Source: Anthoceros angustus
Lineage: Eukaryota; Plantae; Anthocerotophyta
Length of the DNA: 64,000 bases
Reading direction: 5' to 3'
NCBI GenBank assembly: GCA_010909165.1
Contig: MU008178.1
Span: 880,369-944,368 of the forward strand
This document shows, piece by piece, positions 59,670 through 64,000 of this stretch. A program made the translations under genes and the position numbers. The notes beneath the pieces are model-generated. The model was not told the origin of the DNA. It searched no databases and saw only the letters and a program-made list of their open reading frames with translations. Positions within the stretch are counted from its first letter, which is position 1; every line of letters begins with the position of its first letter.

Positions 59670-62600
59670 TCACCGCTTTTGGAAGTTGAGGTACTTGATG
59701 CTGTAGGCGAAGACAAATGCGAACAACACAACAAGCCCAACATGCACCAGGGCGACCCACCCGAGGAAGTCATGATGGAAGCCAAAGTGCTCCACAAGGT
59801 AATCTTTGACACTTGTGTTATTATCTTCTAATATCACAAGAACGTCACCCAGCTGGGAAGTGATCACTCCATACAGAGACCAGGCAATTGGGTTGGCCCA
59901 GTAGTACCACCTCCACCATATAGGCAGTTGCTGCACAAGAATCAGAGCATCCATGTTAGCAGATAAAACAGTACAGCTCAGCCTCATGTCCTGATCATTG
60001 CACACCTCGGGGCATTCGGCTCTCAAATTCAAACCTCTGGCAGCAGACAGAGCTCAAGCCTCTCAATGATTGGAAGCTTACAGGACGGGTGATGATGAAG
60101 CCTGAGAAAAGGTTCCAAAGCATATAGAACGCTGAAGATGATATAGCAGCAAGTTGATGGTTGGGAGTAAAAGACACTGTCATCATCCCGTACATTGTCA
60201 TGTACAGCAGAGTGCAGTACATGAAGAACGTGAACCAGAGAAACTTGACTGCAGTCCATTCGAAGTTGATCATCGAGTACACTATTAGAGTGTAGAAAAG
60301 AGTTTGCACTAACACATACGGGAGTTCAATTACCACCTGCAAGCATGATTGCCGTTCACAAATGACCATCAGTAACATCTTCCAAAATTCCGACAGCTCA
60401 ATATCAAACGTTGCAGATACATCTAGCACAAGTGGTGGTGCTAAAGGAACCGATCATCAGTCATGTGGTGAACCTCTTACCTGACCAAAAGCGTAGGGCA
60501 GTGCGGAGTACATTCCAGCTGCTCGTTCTCGGTAAAACACAGTTCTCTCAACTCCCACAATCGGCTGTACCGTGTTGGCGTTGTTAACCCCAATGAAGAA
60601 AACAGCAGCATACATGGCGCCCATGATATTGAAGATGTCTTGAAAATTCTTACTGAAACCAAGATGCCACCACCAATGACGAACGATCAGAAACAAACTA
60701 TCACTTGGGTAAAACCTGAAGCTTGAAGAGGTAAGACATTCACCGTTTCTGGCCAAGATCCCAGAAAATGCTGCCAAACAGTAGCGCACACACAATCGTA
60801 AAGAACATCCGGATGACATTGTAATGTGGGTTCCGCCAGTACGACTTGTGCTGCTTCCACAAGCAAGCTTGACATTGGGTGAGGAATGTCTGTGAGTATT
60901 TTGTCGGGAAATGCAGGTCCTTCGAATCGGGTGGTGGTGAGCTCAGCTGCTTGATTAGCGCCTCATTACGTCTGCAAACGAGAGAAAGGTTAGCACGTCC
61001 AACAATCCATTTCTTTCTCGTACTTGGAGGTACGCTCATTGGTCAGGTAGTACAACGTCGCGGAAACTTACTGATACACTTGAGATTCCCTGAAGACCTG
61101 TGCAAAATCAACTCCAAGGCGAATTTCCTGAGATGTTGACGTGACGTCCAACATCCAAGTAGCTGGATTGTAGCCAGGCTTGATATTCGGAACTCCTTCA
61201 ACACTCTGCAATTAAGAGGATGGAAGTGTAAGAAAAGACAGGCCAAGCCCATTCGACATCCAGCAAGCAAATTAGGGATTAAGATTCACTGAAGTGTTGG
61301 CCAAACCTGAAGATACTCCACGAGCTTGTGAGAGTGTTTCCCCAATGGACCAGCATACACCACTTGCCCTCCTCTTTTCATCAGCAGAAGCTGCATGGAG
61401 TATAAATACCAGCATTAGTGTACGATGAAATAGATGGAAACAACAGCTTGGTACAACTTGTGTGGAAACAAAACACATCTACAAGGAAGACTCAGTACCT
61501 CATCAAAAGCTTCGAAGATGTCAATGCTGGGTTGATGGATGGTGCACACAACCGTACGACCTGTGTCAACAGTGTTACGAACTGTCCTCATAACAATAGC
61601 TGCAGCACGTGCATCCAGCCCAGAAGTTGGCTCGTCCATGAATATAATGGAAGGATTTGCAACAAGCTCTACAGCAATTGTCAGCCGCTTTCTTTGCTCG
61701 GTTGAGAGACCCGTAACCCCAGGAAGACCCACAAGTGCATCTCTCAATGGACCAAGTTCAACCAGTTCCATCACTTCCTCTACAAACGACTGCAACAAGA
61801 CGCCATTGTTAGTAACGCAAGCCATAGACAATGGATCATAGGAACTGACACCCTTAGATGTAATGTCCAGCTAACTCACCAACCGAGTCTTCCGATCAAC
61901 GTCCTTCGAAAGTCGGAGCCAGGCTGAATAAACGAGTGACTCATAGACAGTGACAAAGGGTGAATGAATGTCATTCTGTTCACAGTATCCTGCAATACGG
62001 GCAAAGGTTTCCTGGTTTTTCGGGTAGCCAGAAATACTTATATCCCCCTCAATATAACCTCCAGTTTTCCGTCCTGCCAGAACGTCCATCAAAGTAGTTT
62101 TTCCAGCACCACTGACACCAACCAGTGCAGTAAGCACACCGGGCCTGAAGGCACCACTGACTTCATGAAGAAGCTGAAGCCTGTCTTCAGTGACACCTTG
62201 TTGTTTCATTTCCTGCAGTCCAATCATGTTCAGCATGTTCCAAAGCGTAAGCATTTGAGATCATGAAATCCTGCACACAAAGCTCAGCGGCAAAGCCAAA
62301 TGACTTACCAGGGGCATGTCCACAAAATAGCTCAACTTATGGAAAGCTATTGCAAGCGGCTGGAAAGGCAAAACCATTCCTCTCTTTGGAGCCAAGCCTG
62401 TTGCCTCAGCAATTGCATCAAGGCGGTCTGATGCTGCAGTTGACACACTAGAACGCCTGATGGCGGCATCATTTCCTGTGTCATGGAAGTTGAGGCTGAG
62501 TAACACAGCACCACGATCTAGCAACGACATCACCACCTCAAAGACAGTTCACTTACCATTCACATGCTCAGACAGCGATATTCTGTGCTCAGGTATTTCA

Positions 62601-64000
62601 ATATTGGGCAATTCTCCGCCAGTCAGGTTTGCTCGTTTCTCCTCAAGCACCTCTTCGGAAATGATTGCTTGAGGCTTCCCCAGGGCTGTATATCAACCAC
62701 AAATGGATCGAAGTTAAGTACATGGCAACAAAGTAGCGCACATTTTTAACCTGTAACCAAATGTGTTGTCAAACGCACACATATGAATACTTACGGTTCA
62801 AGTAAGTGAGTGCCCAAATGAACAAGACGTTGAAGAAGACCATAAAACCAATGAGAGCACAAACTCCCGTCCAATACCAACTACTTTCTGCAAAGATCCC
62901 ACGGCTCTTGAGGACGTGTATGCCAACTGTGGACCCATTGTATGGCTGCAATTTACAAGAGCAGCTTAGGTGAGTCCATGGGTCCAAGGAACTCCCAGAG
63001 AGGGGAAGCGAAGTTGAGACACAAGAGTTCATGCCTTACCGTCTGCCAGCGTGGTGCAAAAAACTCGTTCACAGCCACAGCATTTTGGCCATAAGTTAGA
63101 GGAGAGATCCAATATCCCCAGATCCACCATGGATGGATGTTTTCTGTGAGCATAATACACGTCAGGTCACTGCATGAACTCTACAAATCATCTCAAGGAG
63201 AACAGAATCAAAATAAGACACCCAACCCACTCTGTACCTCTGGATACGATGAAACCACCCAGGACAAAGACGACCAGGAGCGCAAATGAGCCCCATGTGT
63301 TTGCAATGATCATGGTGCGACCCATGGAAGCAATAAATCGGAAAAGCCCTAGCGACATTTGATGAACCCAGAAAAATAGGAACCATTGGCGGAAGAACCT
63401 GCGGATGCACCACAGCACATGCAAGAGATGAAAGTAGTCAGAGAGCAGCGTCTGGAGGGACGTGTAGGGAAACTTGCGAAAGTTGGGCGCAACATACCTT
63501 GTTGCTTCAGGTGCATATCCGATGGTGTAGTAGGTTAGAATGATCCAAATGGTCGACTCGAAAGCCGAAAGGGGAACCTTCAGAAGGAAGGCAGGCAGCC
63601 CAAAAGCCCAAGCGGGATAAAGGTACAAGTCTCTTTGCTTGAAAAAGACAGGGAGCCTGACAATGGTCATCGATAGTTCCGCAAAGCCATTGAACATGAC
63701 GTTAATCAAGCCAAAAAACAGAGCCCCCATGTAAAGGTTTCCATCATCCACATTCCTGTGATGCATCTCTGTCCGAAGGAAAACCGTGACAGTAATGGTG
63801 GCCACAATAGATATCTGCCACAACCGAGTGCCAGCAGTGAGGTCAGGGATGCAAAATGGATAGAACCCTTCGTCAAATGCTACTCGACTGATGAGAAGGA
63901 CTTGCCTACCTGGACTGTCTTGAAGACATATATAAAGGAGTTGCGCTTCACCAGAAGCGCCTCCCTGTCCAAGCAGGCCTTGAACAGTTCCCAATTGTTC
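59670..64000 (-). CDS. Full-size ABCG (PDR-type) ABC transporter, 3' half; the gene starts beyond the window
   Basis: GT-AG exons (minus): 64000-63910, 63814-63498, 63398-63238, 63143-63040, 62945-62795, 62685-62557, 62475-62309, 62212-61880, 61789-61499, 61390-61307, 61205-61072, 60971-60744, 60652-60481, 60336-60082, 59930-59670. NBD2 Walker [21 protein letters not shown], signature [33 protein letters not shown] and C-terminal LNFQKR are all present. Confidence 0.97.

Noticed and set aside
63188-63994. 268-aa ORF as a single protein
   Set aside because: It starts in the wrong frame and reads through introns; the true structure is the spliced ABCG exons.

Overview
Eukaryotic, plant-like DNA; the transposon mix suggests a non-seed plant (inference). 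About 59 kb is nested, degenerate transposons. The last ~4.3 kb is the 3' half of an intact, intron-containing full-size ABCG (PDR-type) transporter gene on the minus strand. Left to right: (1) a decayed non-chromoviral Ty3/Gypsy element (1-~5750, minus); (2) an unknown ORF remnant, a G-rich irregular satellite, a Sola2-like transposase remnant, Harbinger-like Myb remnants and a CACTA-like end; (3) a 4.4-kb solo LTR (21623-26025, 4-bp TSD GTAT) that splits an ORF; (4) a perfect 50-bp palindrome; (5) a Ty1/Copia element (~29699-54830) interrupted in its RT by a full Ty3/Gypsy element (34079-51284, 4-bp TSD AAGA) of the same family as the solo LTR; (6) two tail-to-tail CRE-clade (REL-endonuclease) non-LTR elements, one internally inverted; (7) a ~240-nt foldback. 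The most interesting observation is that the 4.4-5.6-kb LTRs of the Gypsy family each carry a ~2.7-kb sense-strand coding-like region beginning MAPKSR.LGAMD. It lies downstream of the PPT, so it is inside the LTR itself and is retained in the solo LTR. Caveat: repeat copies differ by many 1-2-bp indels while the ABCG gene is clean, so some frameshifts and tandem duplications may be assembly or polishing artefacts.
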